Part shown: piece by piece, positions 35,901 through 48,472 of the stretch
Position numbering within the stretch: position 1 is the stretch's first letter
How the letters are laid out: the number at the start of each line of letters is the position of its first letter
Origin: Tubiluchus corallicola
Taxonomy: Eukaryota > Animalia > Priapulida
Length of the DNA: 64,000 nucleotides
Assembly (NCBI GenBank): GCA_030141605.1
Contig: JAQGDQ010000521.1
Coordinates: 91,870 to 155,869, forward strand
Direction: 5' to 3'
Notes under the pieces: model-generated
Databases searched by the model: none
What the model was told of the DNA's origin: nothing
The model's input: only the letters and a program-made list of their open reading frames with translations
Translations under genes and position numbers: made by a program

Positions 35901-38900
35901 TAGTGAAATAACAACGAGAAAGTGAATCACACAAAGTTATTAAGCAAAAGATTGGATTAAAAACAGGCACCTATTAATTTAATTAGGGTTGTTAAAAAGA
36001 AACAAAGACATGAAACTGATACCGAAATCAATTTTTTTTCTGAAAATCGAACCAATACTGAACAGCTATCCCAGCCGAAAAGAAAATGAAAACCGATATG
36101 AAAATGGGAATCAGGTCTTTGAAAACTGATCAATTAATAACATTTAAGAAATTCTTAAAACCATTTTAATAACTGTGCTACATGACTAGCATCAAAGCAA
36201 ATTACTATAGTGGCACAAAGTTGCCCAGGATTCAAATTTGCAAACTAGTAACTTCGTAACTGCAATGATGTAAGTTTGCAATGATAAAATACAACTTTTA
36301 TTATTATACAAAATGGCGAATTTGTTGCAATGGCAGCACAAAAAACTTTTGGCGAGACAATTCAAATTACTGAAGTCACATGACAAGGACTAAAAATTTG
36401 CTACTCTCAATTAAACACTAATCAAAGTTTGACTCGGATTATCTGTAAAGTGTAGGCTATACAGTGTACAGAGCAAGCAACCGAAGGTATCGTTGATCGT
36501 TTACTTAAGACAACAATTTAATTTACATTGACTCATCTAATTTTAATGTTTGGTGACTAGTTATTTTTCCTAGTAAGATATTTTCTGTTTGTTATTAGAA
36601 AATTTTTATGGCACAGTTATGCTGATAAGATTTTGGCACCAATACATACCGTATATACTCGCATATAAGCCGAATTTAGAACTATAAAATACAATACTGA
36701 AATCAGGGGGTCGGCTTATATGCGCATGAAACAAAATGAACACAAGGACAGACACTAATGCCAATTTTCCAGCCACACATTTTCATCGCTATCCGACTCT
36801 TTATTTGGTTGTGTGTCACCAGTGGTGTATTGGAGGGGGATCGTGGGGGATCGCCGTCCACCCACTTTTTTTTTAGAAAAAAATCACATTTCAATAAATG
36901 TCTGCTTTTTGTATTCATAAAAGTAAGCATTTTACATCTTTATAGTAAAAAATTTCTATGAACCAAAAATACCCAATTAACAAAATGTGACAAAAAGGGA
37001 TCAATTTTGTTGATTGGGTATGGAGTAAAATTAGACAAGTTGATGGTCGGCTTATATACGGGTTTTTGCAAAAACTGGCCATTTTAAAGCAGTTTTAGGG
37101 GGTCGGCTTATATGCGAGTATATACGGTAGTTATTATCGAAAAATCAGAATGGAATCCAATACCTTAATTATTGATAAGCCAAAACAGTAACAGCCCTGA
37201 TTCAAACAACCAAGAATTTTCTTCTTTTCCAGGAATGTACTCACCCAAACAATTCCTTAACAGTCTGTTCAAATTTCTCTGGATCCGTTGTGAACTTGAT
37301 CTGTATATTGACTTCTGGTTTCGGGGTGTTGTTTATCTGATACAATAACTGCTTCACAATCAACTTTTTCAGTGACAAAATCTCAATAAGATTTCCGTAT
37401 TTGAGAAGCTTTTCTGTAAAACTGTCAAAAGCACAAAATTTATTATCCAAAAAAAAATGACAGATGTAAATACAAGAAATGAAATATCATGTATTCTCTG
37501 GAGAGTTACTATATACCAATATAGTACCAACAGGCTATAGAAAGCAAATAGTAACTTTACGTTAAAAATCCAAGGTCATTAGTCAGTTGCCTATTTTATT
37601 TTTAGAATATTGTACATTGAACACTGCGCTCAAACTGATTAAGTTCCTAGACGACTTCACACAGCAAAGACTATACTGTATTGCACTAAAACATGACATT
37701 TGGCCTAACATTAAACGTATGGGAATTGAAAACAAAAAACCACTGGTGTGACTCCTGTAGAATCCCTACAATAAATTTGTATGACACGATGCTGCTATAA
37801 TATCATGAAACAACTGCACATAACAAGCTAACCAACCTGCATCCATGGTCCATTTTTTCCACAGTTTTGTCAATTGTATGACACATCTCCATCACAGCGA
37901 GTCTCTGAGATGAATGAATATCGGCTAATTTGTTTAACATCTCATCACGGTTTTTCTCTAGCATAGCCTTGTATGTTTGAAATGTTTCATTAATTAAACC
38001 TTTTGCATTATCGTGCTGGAGCTGCAGTTCAGAAAGACCATTCTCTAAACCAGCCGATGCCTCTTCACAGAATTGAATCTAAAAAAAGAGAATCATTTTT
38101 GGACCCGTGAGAGCGACCACATATAGACCATCATATGTTGCCTACTCTGCTTTACTCAATGCTCACTACTAGAATAACTCGATTAGTATTAAAAAATGCT
38201 AAATAAATCAGGCATAAAAAGTAAAATGCTAGTTTTGGGATTACGTCATTAGTTCAGTGTACTCCTCTAGGAGTCAGTCAGCACTGCTGTGACACTCAGA
38301 AATTAATTAACGTTGTGTCCCGTGGTGACTGTTGCAACACTTGCAAACAATACATCCAAAAAAATCCGAATTGTTAATGTTACAGAACAAGAAGCAAATA
38401 CTGTCGAAACAACTAGTTATCAATAATCTGTAAGTTCTAACGAAAAAGATAAACTACCATAGATATTGCATAACCATACAAACTGCTGCATGCTGAACTT
38501 CCTAACTATTGTCAAATGGCTACGCTAGCTAAAAGTCTGCCACCCTCGCATAAATTTATATATACATCTTTTTCTTATACAAAAAATACATGTACATTTC
38601 ACTTGTGCACACTAGACTGTTAGAATTTTGCTACATTAACCAACTGTTAAGAAGTGTAGTACGCACAGCTTCTGAACTTTATTTTAGAACAAATCAGACT
38701 CTTATGTCTTACCATGACTGCTTATTTACAAGAATACATGTTAATGGCACTTCAACAGCAAATAGGTAAAGCTTTGTGTATGCTAAAAAATGGGGTCTCT
38801 ACTGTGTAGCTCCAGCTAGAAGACACACTGCATCAATTCATGATCTAAAAAAGTTTTTTCGCAAAATGTTCCCTGCTTTTATATAAAACCATACCTTTTA

Positions 38901-41900
38901 TTCTAGCTAACACCGACTGTTTACTAGCTTGAATGATATGGTTTATAGTGAAGGCAGAAAAAAATTTGTGAAACAACTTTCCAGCAGGCGAGAAGGTTGT
39001 GAGCATGTTACCTGGACCCTACACAACAGGCACAGTCAACAATTTCAAAATTAAATGAAATACTTTATTATCGAGAGTCACAAAGAATCACAATAACCCA
39101 ATGAAACAATAATTCATATAGGTGATTCAGGATGTTTTCCTGTATCCCATCAACAATATACATGTAAAAAATTCCAAGTGTGTGTGTGCTGTGTATACCC
39201 TGTATGCCATCAACAATACACACGTCAAAAATTCCAAGTGTGTACACACAAGATTATGAGTCATAGTTATGAAACTCAACATGCTAATTTAAATTTCGGT
39301 AGTACAATCCAATACTTACAATGTTATAGAATTTTTGCCTGAGAAATATACAAGCAAATTTATAATGCGTATGAATGTGAACAAAACATACAGCCGGTAA
39401 ATTTGGGACAGCAGGCAGCCCCAAAAATTAACATGACTCATAACCATGCTACATATAAAAATAATGTATTCACTTATTACTCACATAGTCATATACCTTA
39501 GTATTTTACAGGAAAGGTCGTCACATGCCCTTTCCGTAACCTCCATCTGCCATGGAGGTAAGGTAAGCTCACCCATTTAAGAATACATGAAATTCAAAGA
39601 TTAAAGGCACCACAACGGAGATAGCTGTAACAGACATAGTCTGTAATGCAATTCGACTCGAAATAAGAAATGTTAAACTAAAATGTAATGTTCTTTTATG
39701 TGAACACAGTGCTTATTGTCTAAACACTTTTATTTCTGCTGATAATGCTGATATTCATTCTGACATTTCTAGTCAGTAAATTACTTCAATGGTTTAACAT
39801 TTGAAGTACACTATGAGGCACATATTCGGTGCAACATGAGTCAGTACGACTACATGCCCAATATTGTGTTGCGAGGCAATACAATATTATACATACCCAT
39901 TTGTACAACAGGTATACAAATATCTATCACGAAACAAACTGTTTACCAGCTATTTTGATGTATAAAAACACCGCTATTAATAAACCACATACCTTGCTTT
40001 TACTTTCCGTTATTAGCGTGTGAATTTCATCAACTTGTTTCTTTTCACAGTCAGCTACTCTCTCGTAAGTATGATCTGGTTGCTTGTGCTCAGTGACAAT
40101 GCACTCATTGCATATTGGTACCTAAAAATTCATGAAACACTCAAGTTTAAAATGTGGCAACAGCAAAATCAAGAAACAATCAAGAACATTAGACCACCAC
40201 AGAATGTAATACATACATGCACATTTTTCGGGTTACGGGGACCTACAGCTTCACCAGGTTTCACCTCCACTGAACTTTTAACATATTTCTCCCTTACAGG
40301 GGAGGTTAGAAATCAGTCAAACCAAAATTTTCTGAAAACTCTCCAAAAAGGCCTAAATTAGGAGAGCAAATAAGTTTTTAAGCAATGGATCAAATCACTC
40401 TAAGTAATAAAAATTAGCTACAAATTTAAAATTTACCAGACATGTATTGCAGTAATACTTCATCGATTCTCCTGCATGTATTTGACAGAAAAGCGGCTTA
40501 TGAATCGTAAGACCATTCCCACTGTTCTTGATTTCATCAAATGAGACCACCTGCAAAAAAATTTAGTTAAAACACGATAATGGTTCTAATTATAAATGGT
40601 GAACTCAAAATAAGGGACTTCAAATACAAGGGTAGATTAGATAAAACTCTGTTCAAAAATCATTTCATGTTTGTGGTAATATGTTACACCCTGTACAAAA
40701 TCAAACAATAGATACGCTGGGATGGTCAGATGTTTCTCTTAGCGACTGCAAAGTTTTATAAAATTTTACTATTTTATAATCGCAAGAGGCACATGTTTGA
40801 CAACAATGTGCAAAACTCTAGGCTTCTGTTTAAAAAAAACACATTACCTTATGGTTTTCGAAGCATCTCATGTATTGATGGGCCGTCACACAATTCGGAC
40901 ACAAAAAGTTTGCGCAATCACTGCAGCGAGCTACAGCCTTCTCTTTTGCTTTGCAGCTGGTGCAACCAATCTGCCGTTTTTCAATTGCTACCATGTCCAT
41001 CATGTTACAGAGAACAAAGTCCGGTATGAGCCCCTGAATACCTTTCCCATCCAGCCGTGTTTCCTGGGAACAATCCGGGCATGTGACGACATCACGACTT
41101 TTGTCATCTTCTTCTTTATTTTCAGCTTCCAGTTGTTGTAAGCACGTCTCGCAGAAAACGTGAAGGCATGAAAGCACTTTTGGATTTATGAACACTTCAT
41201 TGCATTTCTGACAGACGTGGTCAGCACTTGCGCTATTTTCCATAACTTTGCTCTCATCCTCGGTAAGTTCCTTCATGTCTTCTTGCAGGTCTGGTTTTTC
41301 AGATGTTGTCTTCGGAGATGGCGTACGGCTTGTCATGACTGGCACCGGGGATGTACCTTTAGATGACATGACTATCTGTTTTAGAAATGGTGATGACGTC
41401 CGGATCAATAAATCGCCTGAAACAAAATTTGTGAACTTGAAATAGTGTGCAAGTTAATGCTCCAGACAATAATTCCAGGTCCAGGCTACAATTTGAAATG
41501 AACGTCTGCAAAGTCAAAACAGAATTTTAAGTTCATATACACAGAGACACAAACAGGTTTATTATGCATCTTTAGGCCGACAATAAAAATACTTCTGTTT
41601 CCATCTAATTGCTTAGGGTGATATTTTTTATCATACACCCGGCAGGGAATTTTATAAAAAAATTTATACATTCATATACTTACCTGACGAAGTCATATAA
41701 AAACATTTTTTAATTTAAAACGTAAAGCACAATAATTATTATAACATAATAACGAAGATGAAGCCATGTTTCTCTATGGCTGACTAGGGTTGCCGTTTTA
41801 TAGGATGCTGATTATTGTTTTGGCTAAAAAGTCCTGCATTTTCCTAAATCAGCGTATTAACGGTCGAGTAGTGCTGCCACTTAAATTATAATTACCAGAA

Positions 41901-44900
41901 CATAGTCAACGTATGTTCGTACCATACAAAAAAGAGCCTATATGATATTCGATAATTATGCGATGATTTATTAATGTGAAACAATTAACGAAGCGTGAAA
42001 AAATTTAAAACATTACTGCTAACAAATGGGAAATAAGAAAACTTTGATATCAACTGATTTTAAATATCCCACTATTCAGCTTTAAACACTCACAAAGCTT
42101 TAAAAAAATGTTTCCTCCCTCCCAACTGACATCTTTTGAGTTCATGTCGTAAGACAGAAATATTTTTTTTCTGATTTGCCTTCATAGGCAATACCTTCAT
42201 AGCTTGAAACAAAAAAAGAGCAAATTACAAGCGAATTTTCATTCGGCTACTTCGTAAATGAATAGGTTACTGCATTTTTAGCTATAATGACAAACTGTAG
42301 TTTTCAGACTCTTGAAAATTTTTCTAGAAAGATCAACAGTTCAATGTACAATTTGAACAAACAAAAGTGTACTAAAATACTACAACTATCAGCTGTTATG
42401 CGTGTAAAACAGTGTTTAATAATGTAATCAAATCTTGGTAAACAATTATAACCTGATATACTTTGGACTGTCTTGAAGATCGGTAGATAAACTTACCTAC
42501 TTTCAGCTAGGCTGGTTATTTCATAGGCCTATTTAAATGATCAGACATTGTCAAGAAGTCAGGTGAACAGCACAAATTACTGCACTTACGTGACATGTGA
42601 GGACATATCATAATCTTTTGAAACAAAGCAATAATTTTTTTATGCAAGCAACAAAGGTTATATCACAATATACATAGATAGACATACATTTTCATAAATG
42701 CATAAAATTGGGTAACTTTTACTAGCAACTTGCAAAAACTATATTATATTACAGGCATCCACCATCTGACAATAAAGTACTGAACAGTTAATTCTTAGAA
42801 GCTTTTTTAATGCAATTTTTAATGTGTTCCCAATTATAGGCACCAAAAATGAAAATATAAACCAGTCAAATTTTATAAGCGTTAACACTAGCATTATAGA
42901 ATGGCGCAAATAACTGAACATTGCAAATTTGTTAAACACTAAGCCACAATTTCAAATTCAAGACAATTAAGGATAAATACTTCTTTAGGCCTAGAATGCA
43001 TATACTTAAACTTATATAAAAACTATGTAATACACAAAAGTTATACCAGTTATATTCACTTATCTAACTATATAACTGCACAAAAACATTAAAGATGATG
43101 GCACAATAAAATAAATTTTAATAATTATAAACATAAAGTACAGATAGCAACTTCATGTGATTAGGGAATTCTTCGGAAACACATTCCCTATTCTACAGAA
43201 TATTGAAAACTATAAATTACCACTAGTTACTGAAATGTGCCACCATAAAGAAAAATTACTTTGCAAATACCAGACAGCTCGAAATGAAATGCACCACTCA
43301 ATTTTTATGTCTGTGTTGCCAGACAAGCTCTGGCAAACTAATATTTCAATATGCACAAAGCACCATTCGAATGGATTCAAATTCACCGATAAATGAGTAA
43401 CCTTCAGCTTTTTTAAAAGATGACTGCACATGATGGAGGCTCCAAGTCAATTAAAAGACCACCCGACGGAGTTGGACTTTCGATCTGCCATTTTGATTTC
43501 AACATGGCAGCGATAACATCATTTCTAAGAAAAGCCAAAGCTCTGTCATTTTGCAACAGATCATCATAAAATTTTTAAAAAACATACTAGAAGGAAATCT
43601 GCAACGAGTAACTAAGTCGAATTTTTGATCTGTCACCTTGAATTGCAGCAAGAACCCAAGCACCATCATTTCTAAACAGATCCACCTTGAAACTGCGAAT
43701 AAACATACTTAAACACATTTTACAGAGATCTATTAACAGTGCAGGTTCTTTAATCTGCCATCTTGAATACGGCAAGTACCTCGACCAATAGTTTGAATAA
43801 GTTGTTAGAAACTGATGTATGACAACCCATCAAGTTGTTATGTGCTAAGTTTCCCAGTTTAAATTGACTTTTACATATGGTATTAGCCCGACAATAAAAA
43901 TATTTTTGTTTCTGTCTAATTACCCAGGGAATATTTTTTCCCGGGCACACCCGGCCGAGATTTTATAAACTTTTTTTGTAGATTCATGTACTTACTTGAC
44001 GCAGTCATATAAAACCGTATTTTCTTAATTTAAAACGTATAATCATTATAACATCGTTCTTTCAGGGAAACAGGTACAGCCACGCTAACTCTCGGCCAGG
44101 GTTGCAGTTTTGCATAATGCTCATTGCTCAATCACGCCAACTGATTACAGCAAAATTTTTGTTATGACATAGTACACCTTGTTGCACCTAACTTTTCAAG
44201 TTTAAAACAAACCAAGTTACCTACTGTGCAGTAAAATGAGTTAACTAATTATTCTTGCGCACAACTTTTCAAGAAACATTTTTCTTTTTCCCAAAAGTTG
44301 CAAGACAAATGAGCTGCACGATGCTATGGCGACGGGCTAACAGCAGCTCAGTACAATAAACTATGTGCTCATTGTTATCGTCTGCAGTTCAATTTTGCTG
44401 ACTGAAAGATGGAAATTGCACTACCAACATGCAACACGGATATCCGTACAGATAATTAAATGATGAAAAAACTAAACGTGCGACCCAACAAGACACTGTT
44501 TTTTTAGATGCAGGATCTGGTAATTTTAGGTTTTGGGTCTGCGACCCTAACAGAGCCAGCACACTTTAAGTACTGCTCATGAACTAAGCTTTAGGCCTAC
44601 AAAAGACTAAAAGCTAGTTTGCACAAGTTTAGTTGGTTCTGGCTCATCAGAACTCGAACTACACCCCACTCAATTACACGATTGTGTTGCGGGTCATCCT
44701 TGATGACACACCACAATCGTTGTTGATTCGTTTTTTAAAAATATCCACATCATTAGCACTAAAATCACTTTCGATAAAGCACAAGAAAATCCTCCACTTA
44801 CATAAAGCTTAAAAAATTCGCCTCGAAATTTTATACCACTTACATACTACCTTTTCGTATGCATGGCTTGCATCGATTGTAATGCTGTATAAAATGTGTA

Positions 44901-46063
44901 AATTTAAACTCCTGCGATAAATGTTGCCTTTCTTCCCCTGATTTACGTGTTTTAGTGATGTCATGTAATGGCGCCGTTGGAACAGTATTGCGGGAGATTT
45001 AAAATGCAAACAAACAAAAATTCCTTTCAATGGGAGTACGATATGTGCATAAAATTGCTGTAAAGTAATATAATTTTTTCCGAAATGTGATTTTTCTGAA
45101 ACTTACTTCAGGTGCCCCTTTTCTTGGCCTTTAAGGTTGTTACAAGATGATATCCTATATGTATGAGTGTGAAGAAATCCTTTTTTTGTATGTGTACAAG
45201 CACACATTCATAGGTATACTAATTATGGCGTCACAACCTTTAATAGCAGATATCAATCAAAATATTACAATGTTTGTTTAGTTGAAGATTTACCCAAAGA
45301 ATTTCACCATTGACTTTATATAGTTTAGAAACTGTTGGCTTACGATAATCTTTAATATACAAATATTACAAAGGTTCTATTTTTATAAATATATACATAA
45401 GATTTGAGTAATGAGTTTCTAACCTTAAGTCAGAAGTGATAATTCTTTATCTCCAAGACCTAAAAGTCACGTTTCACTAAAGCCAAGCATATCAGGACAA
45501 TCAGTAACTGGTATAGTAATAAAGCAAATAACTATAGCAATTTAAAACTACCATTACTAAAAATAAAAGCTTGTACATTAAAACTAATATAAGGGGTTTA
45601 TCATCACTCTTGGTTGCTTTCGTACGGTGAGTAATATGAGGTTAGGAGGACAGGCGCACTTTTTAAACTAAATAAATGAATAAAAAACCACCTAAACTGC
45701 ACGTGTACCATAAATTTCTAACAAACATCCAGTCATACAATATTAAGAAAACTCAAAAGGTAGGAAAATGAATTATTACGATCACGCGATTATCACTGTT
45801 AAACCTACTTCACATTAACAATAAAACCAGTACTAGAGAGTAGTAGTAACACCGGGGAGAACCAATCAGCGTGTCACGAACATGCGACATAACCAAGAAA
45901 CATGTAATCAAAATTTAGGGAACTTTTCAAAATCACAAAACATATCAACAACGATGATACGTCACAACAGGAAAATCTACAACAGGCTACTAAACTACAT
46001 TAATATCCAAAACAACACAAATAATCACATACCTTCGCTGCCTAAAGTTATTTCGTCAGTCAT
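29994..46063 (-). CDS. mei-P26: TRIM-NHL RNA-binding protein Mei-P26 / NHL-2 ortholog (RING, 2 B-boxes, coiled coil, NHL), about 943 aa
   Basis: Exons (minus): 46063-46033 ([10 protein letters not shown], less certain; alternative ATG at 41369), 41416-40848, 40550-40437, 40121-39993, 38078-37837, 37421-37245, 35791-35644, 35156-34976, 33251-33039, 32550-32428, 31018-30925, 30804-29994; all GT-AG and phase-consistent, 2832 nt. [21 protein letters not shown]; B-box1 [34 protein letters not shown]; B-box2 [20 protein letters not shown]. The NHL sequence [86 protein letters not shown] is the Mei-P26 signature and differs from Brat (FGEFGVMEGQFTEPSGVAV). Confidence 0.93.
32925..33005. repeat. Degenerate (TCA/TCG)n microsatellite
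   Basis: CATCATCGTTATAATCGTCGTCGTCATCATCATCGCCATCAT... in a mei-P26 intron. Confidence 0.75.
33572..34052. mobile_element. hAT-type MITE with 8-bp TSD and an internal 15-bp minisatellite
   Basis: TSD TCCATTAT at 33564-33571 and 34053-34060. Termini CAGCGGCGGAT...ATCCACTACAG; subterminal GGGCCTTAGGCTT at both ends; five TGTGTAAAC units at 15-bp period (33802-33885). Confidence 0.8.
35984..37199. mobile_element. Older hAT-like element (TAGGGTTGTTA...TAACAGCCCTG) hosting a nested Tigger MITE
   Basis: Imperfect 11-bp TIR and ACCGA/ACCAAT-type subterminal motifs at both ends; TSD not convincing. Confidence 0.45.
36649..37127. mobile_element. Tc1/mariner Tigger/pogo-type MITE
   Basis: Perfect 25-bp TIR CCGTATATACTCGCATATAAGCCGA / TCGGCTTATATGCGAGTATATACGG flanked by TA; internal repeats of GGTCGGCTTATAT at about 36709 and 37045. 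Confidence 0.92.
39139..39243. repeat. Tandem duplication, period 60
   Basis: CCTGTAT(C/G)CCATCAACAATA..CA.GT.AAAAATTCCAAGTGTGT occurs twice. Confidence 0.8.
41570..41800 (+). mobile_element. Interspersed repeat copy A (shared with 43882-44110)
   Basis: CCGACAATAAAAATA.TT.TGTTTC..TCTAATT...CACCCGGC...TTTTATAAA...TACTTAC.TGACG.AGTCATATAAAA...TTAATTTAAAACGTA...AGGGTTGC.GTTTT aligns with copy B. Confidence 0.75.
43882..44110 (+). mobile_element. Interspersed repeat copy B (shared with 41570-41800)
   Basis: Same blocks in the same order and orientation as copy A, 2.3 kb away in mei-P26 intron 1. Confidence 0.75.
44778..45130 (+). mobile_element. Kolobok-like MITE, internally shorter copy
   Basis: ATAA|AGCACAAGAAAA...TTTTCTTGGCCT|TTAA; aligns with 18539-19201 except that about 310 bp (18680-18990) is absent. 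Confidence 0.8.
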
Positions 46064-46144
46064 TAGATAAGTAATAGTGTATTACCACGTCAAAATATTT
46101 TACTAACGCTTTAATAGAAATGAGAAAAATAATCTCCAACTTTT

Positions 46145-46305
46145 CAGAGGCCGGCCATATTGCTGTCGAGCCTGTCGTGCAAAGTGCAAACGCACTGCGC
46201 ATGCGACGTAATTCGGCGGGAAAAATGTCATGTGACGTTGGCAAATTTTTATACAAAGTGACCAGAAATACGTCTGTAATTTTCAGATTTTAATTGGCGG
46301 GGTCT
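46145..46305 (-). promoter_or_regulatory. mei-P26 promoter
   Basis: CpG-rich patch upstream of the first exon: YY1-like GGCCATATT (about 46153), NRF1/Ewg-type TGCGCATGCG (46196-46205), E2F-type GGCGGGAAA (46215-46223) and TTGGCGGG (about 46294), M-box/CLEAR-type GTCATGTGAC (46227-46236). Confidence 0.7.
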
Positions 46306-47000
46306 TCGTGTTAACGGGCATTAACGTCTGGAATTAAAAAATAAACAAAACTTGATGCAGAATAAACCAACCTGGTGTGTGTTGGCCACTATTGTAAAGA
46401 AGGGAATAAAATATTAACAAAATGAAGCTGGTAGTCTTTGCATGAAAATAGGGAAGACATGACTATTAAAAATAATTTCTACAACAAATATATATCTGCA
46501 CATGCTCTAAAATTTTGTTAATTTTAATTTTTCTATTTGATTGAGTTACTATGTTGCTGGTTAGTTCACAAGCCTGCTATAAACTACTTAGCTATCTAGA
46601 TTCTAGTCTTATTGAGATGTGCCAAGTAATGCATGTAATTTGCTTTCCAAAACAGCCATGCCGACCAAGCCAGCCAGGCTCACAATATTCACATGCTTAT
46701 GAACATCTAGCAAAAAATGTACTTTTCAATGTCTGTTGGAGCACTACAGAACTGAAGACTTATTCAGCCTAGTCAATATTTAACCTATTTTGCTTTAAAG
46801 GAGCACAAGCTTTACTTAGTTGCAAATGAAGTCACCAGGCATGCACATTTATGTCTAACACACTATAATTAGTGGCTTTTACGAAGTTGGCATTGCCATA
46901 ATATTGTTAAACTATAAAAGAAGCTATTCAAGCAGTTGAGCCTTTGTTGGAAATTGTATAATGTATAGCCTCTACCAATGTATTACAAGATCAACTGGAA

Positions 47001-47169
47001 TTGTTTGATTCTCTGCACAAAACCACATACATCTCCTAATATTTGAGTGGTTCTTTGTGACCACAACAAAAGTTCATTTGTTTGTTTGATTCTCTGCACA
47101 CAACCGCTTACATCTCCCGATATTTGCGTGGTTCTTTGTGACCACAACAAAAGTTCATTTGTTTGTTTG
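47001..47169. repeat. Tandem duplication, period 81
   Basis: TTGTTTGATTCTCTGCACA...GTGGTTCTTTGTGACCACAACAAAAGTTCATTTGT occurs twice. Confidence 0.9.
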
Positions 47170-48472
47170 CGACCTTAGTTCAGTGGTTTTACTGTTTTAG
47201 TTTTTAATAAAGAACACTAGACAGGCGAATACACATCTTGAAATCTGCCTCTCCCAATACACATTCCTTCACCGTATAAAATGAGCTAGATCAAATGAAC
47301 TCTCAAGCATTCAACATTTCGGAAGAGATGGGACTACCACTGCTTTCGTTGGAGAATGCGGTGGTGACTCTTAACATGTAATTGGAAAATAATTTCAAAG
47401 TGCACAGTAGTTAATAATGCAGTATAATCAGTGTTAACCACTGTGCTTACAAAGGTGTTTTTCAAAGGTGCTTATCCAGATGACAGTAAACCAAACCACT
47501 GTACACAGTTAGCTGTGACCGGGATGCACATTTCATGAGCAATTGACATACATTAGTAGAGAGAAGTATGCTAGACAATTTTTTATGTCTACAGTTTGTT
47601 AATTTGCAATATATTTCAAATTCAGTCATATTGAAGGGAAGAGTTAGTTCAATTTTATTTCAAGTGTGACAAGTATAAGAAATGTTACGAAGAAAATTAC
47701 AGTACATGGTTGACCTACAGAATGCTGCTGCCAGACAGACAGATGCTTTCTGTGCAAAGATACAGCACATAGATTTCCACAGTAATTGACCGCCTATGCA
47801 TATGTTAACAATGTGCTTTGTTTGAATGTGAATAAAAAGGGCAGATATTGTTTTAATATTATAATTGTGCACAATGTAAGTATTTCACATAGAAATTAGG
47901 CAATGTTGACTTTCTGTTGTAATAACAGCGCAGTCAAGTTTTTCTCAAAAAATACTAAGCAAAAATTTCTTGTAATAAAGATTATGATTTATTACATCAG
48001 TCCCTGGTTTAACGCAGTGAACTACTCTTAACACAGATTAGGCTGTAACAGCTATCAAAGCAAGTAATTAATGTCCCGGGACTTTTAACATGATAAGACA
48101 TACTTGCTACAAATACCCAAACAATGGCCTAAATAAATTAGTGTCTCACACAGTAATGCCAGATGACAACATAACATTATCTTCCCTGTAGAAAATGTCA
48201 AGTTTAATCATGATGGTGTAAGTCACATCGAGGGTTTTCAACAATTGATGAGTTATTATACCAGCCAAACAACAAGTTAGAACAAATTGTTAATTATCAA
48301 TTACTTGACATCAAAGCATCTTTGGAAGTTTGAACAACTGGTGTTATGAATATCTATTTCTAGGAAAGGGATATAGCAATTCGCTATGAAAAACAATCAA
48401 TGTTTGCTAATGAAAAGAAAATGGCAATAGATTTATAACAATTATAACGATTCCCTAAGGATTATTCCTGGC

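Noticed and set aside
29994-41416. Annotation as brat, or as a novel RING-bearing Brat
   Set aside because: NHL and B-box1 sequences match Mei-P26, which normally has a RING, so the architecture is not novel.
41676-41686. ATACTTACCTG as the 5' end of a U1 snRNA gene
   Set aside because: Downstream sequence does not resemble U1; it is the complement of a minus-strand donor site in a repeat.
43480-43775. Recurring GATCTGCCAT(C/T)TTGA motif cluster as a regulatory array
   Set aside because: Too degenerate; more likely a decayed repeat interior, and no boundaries could be defined.
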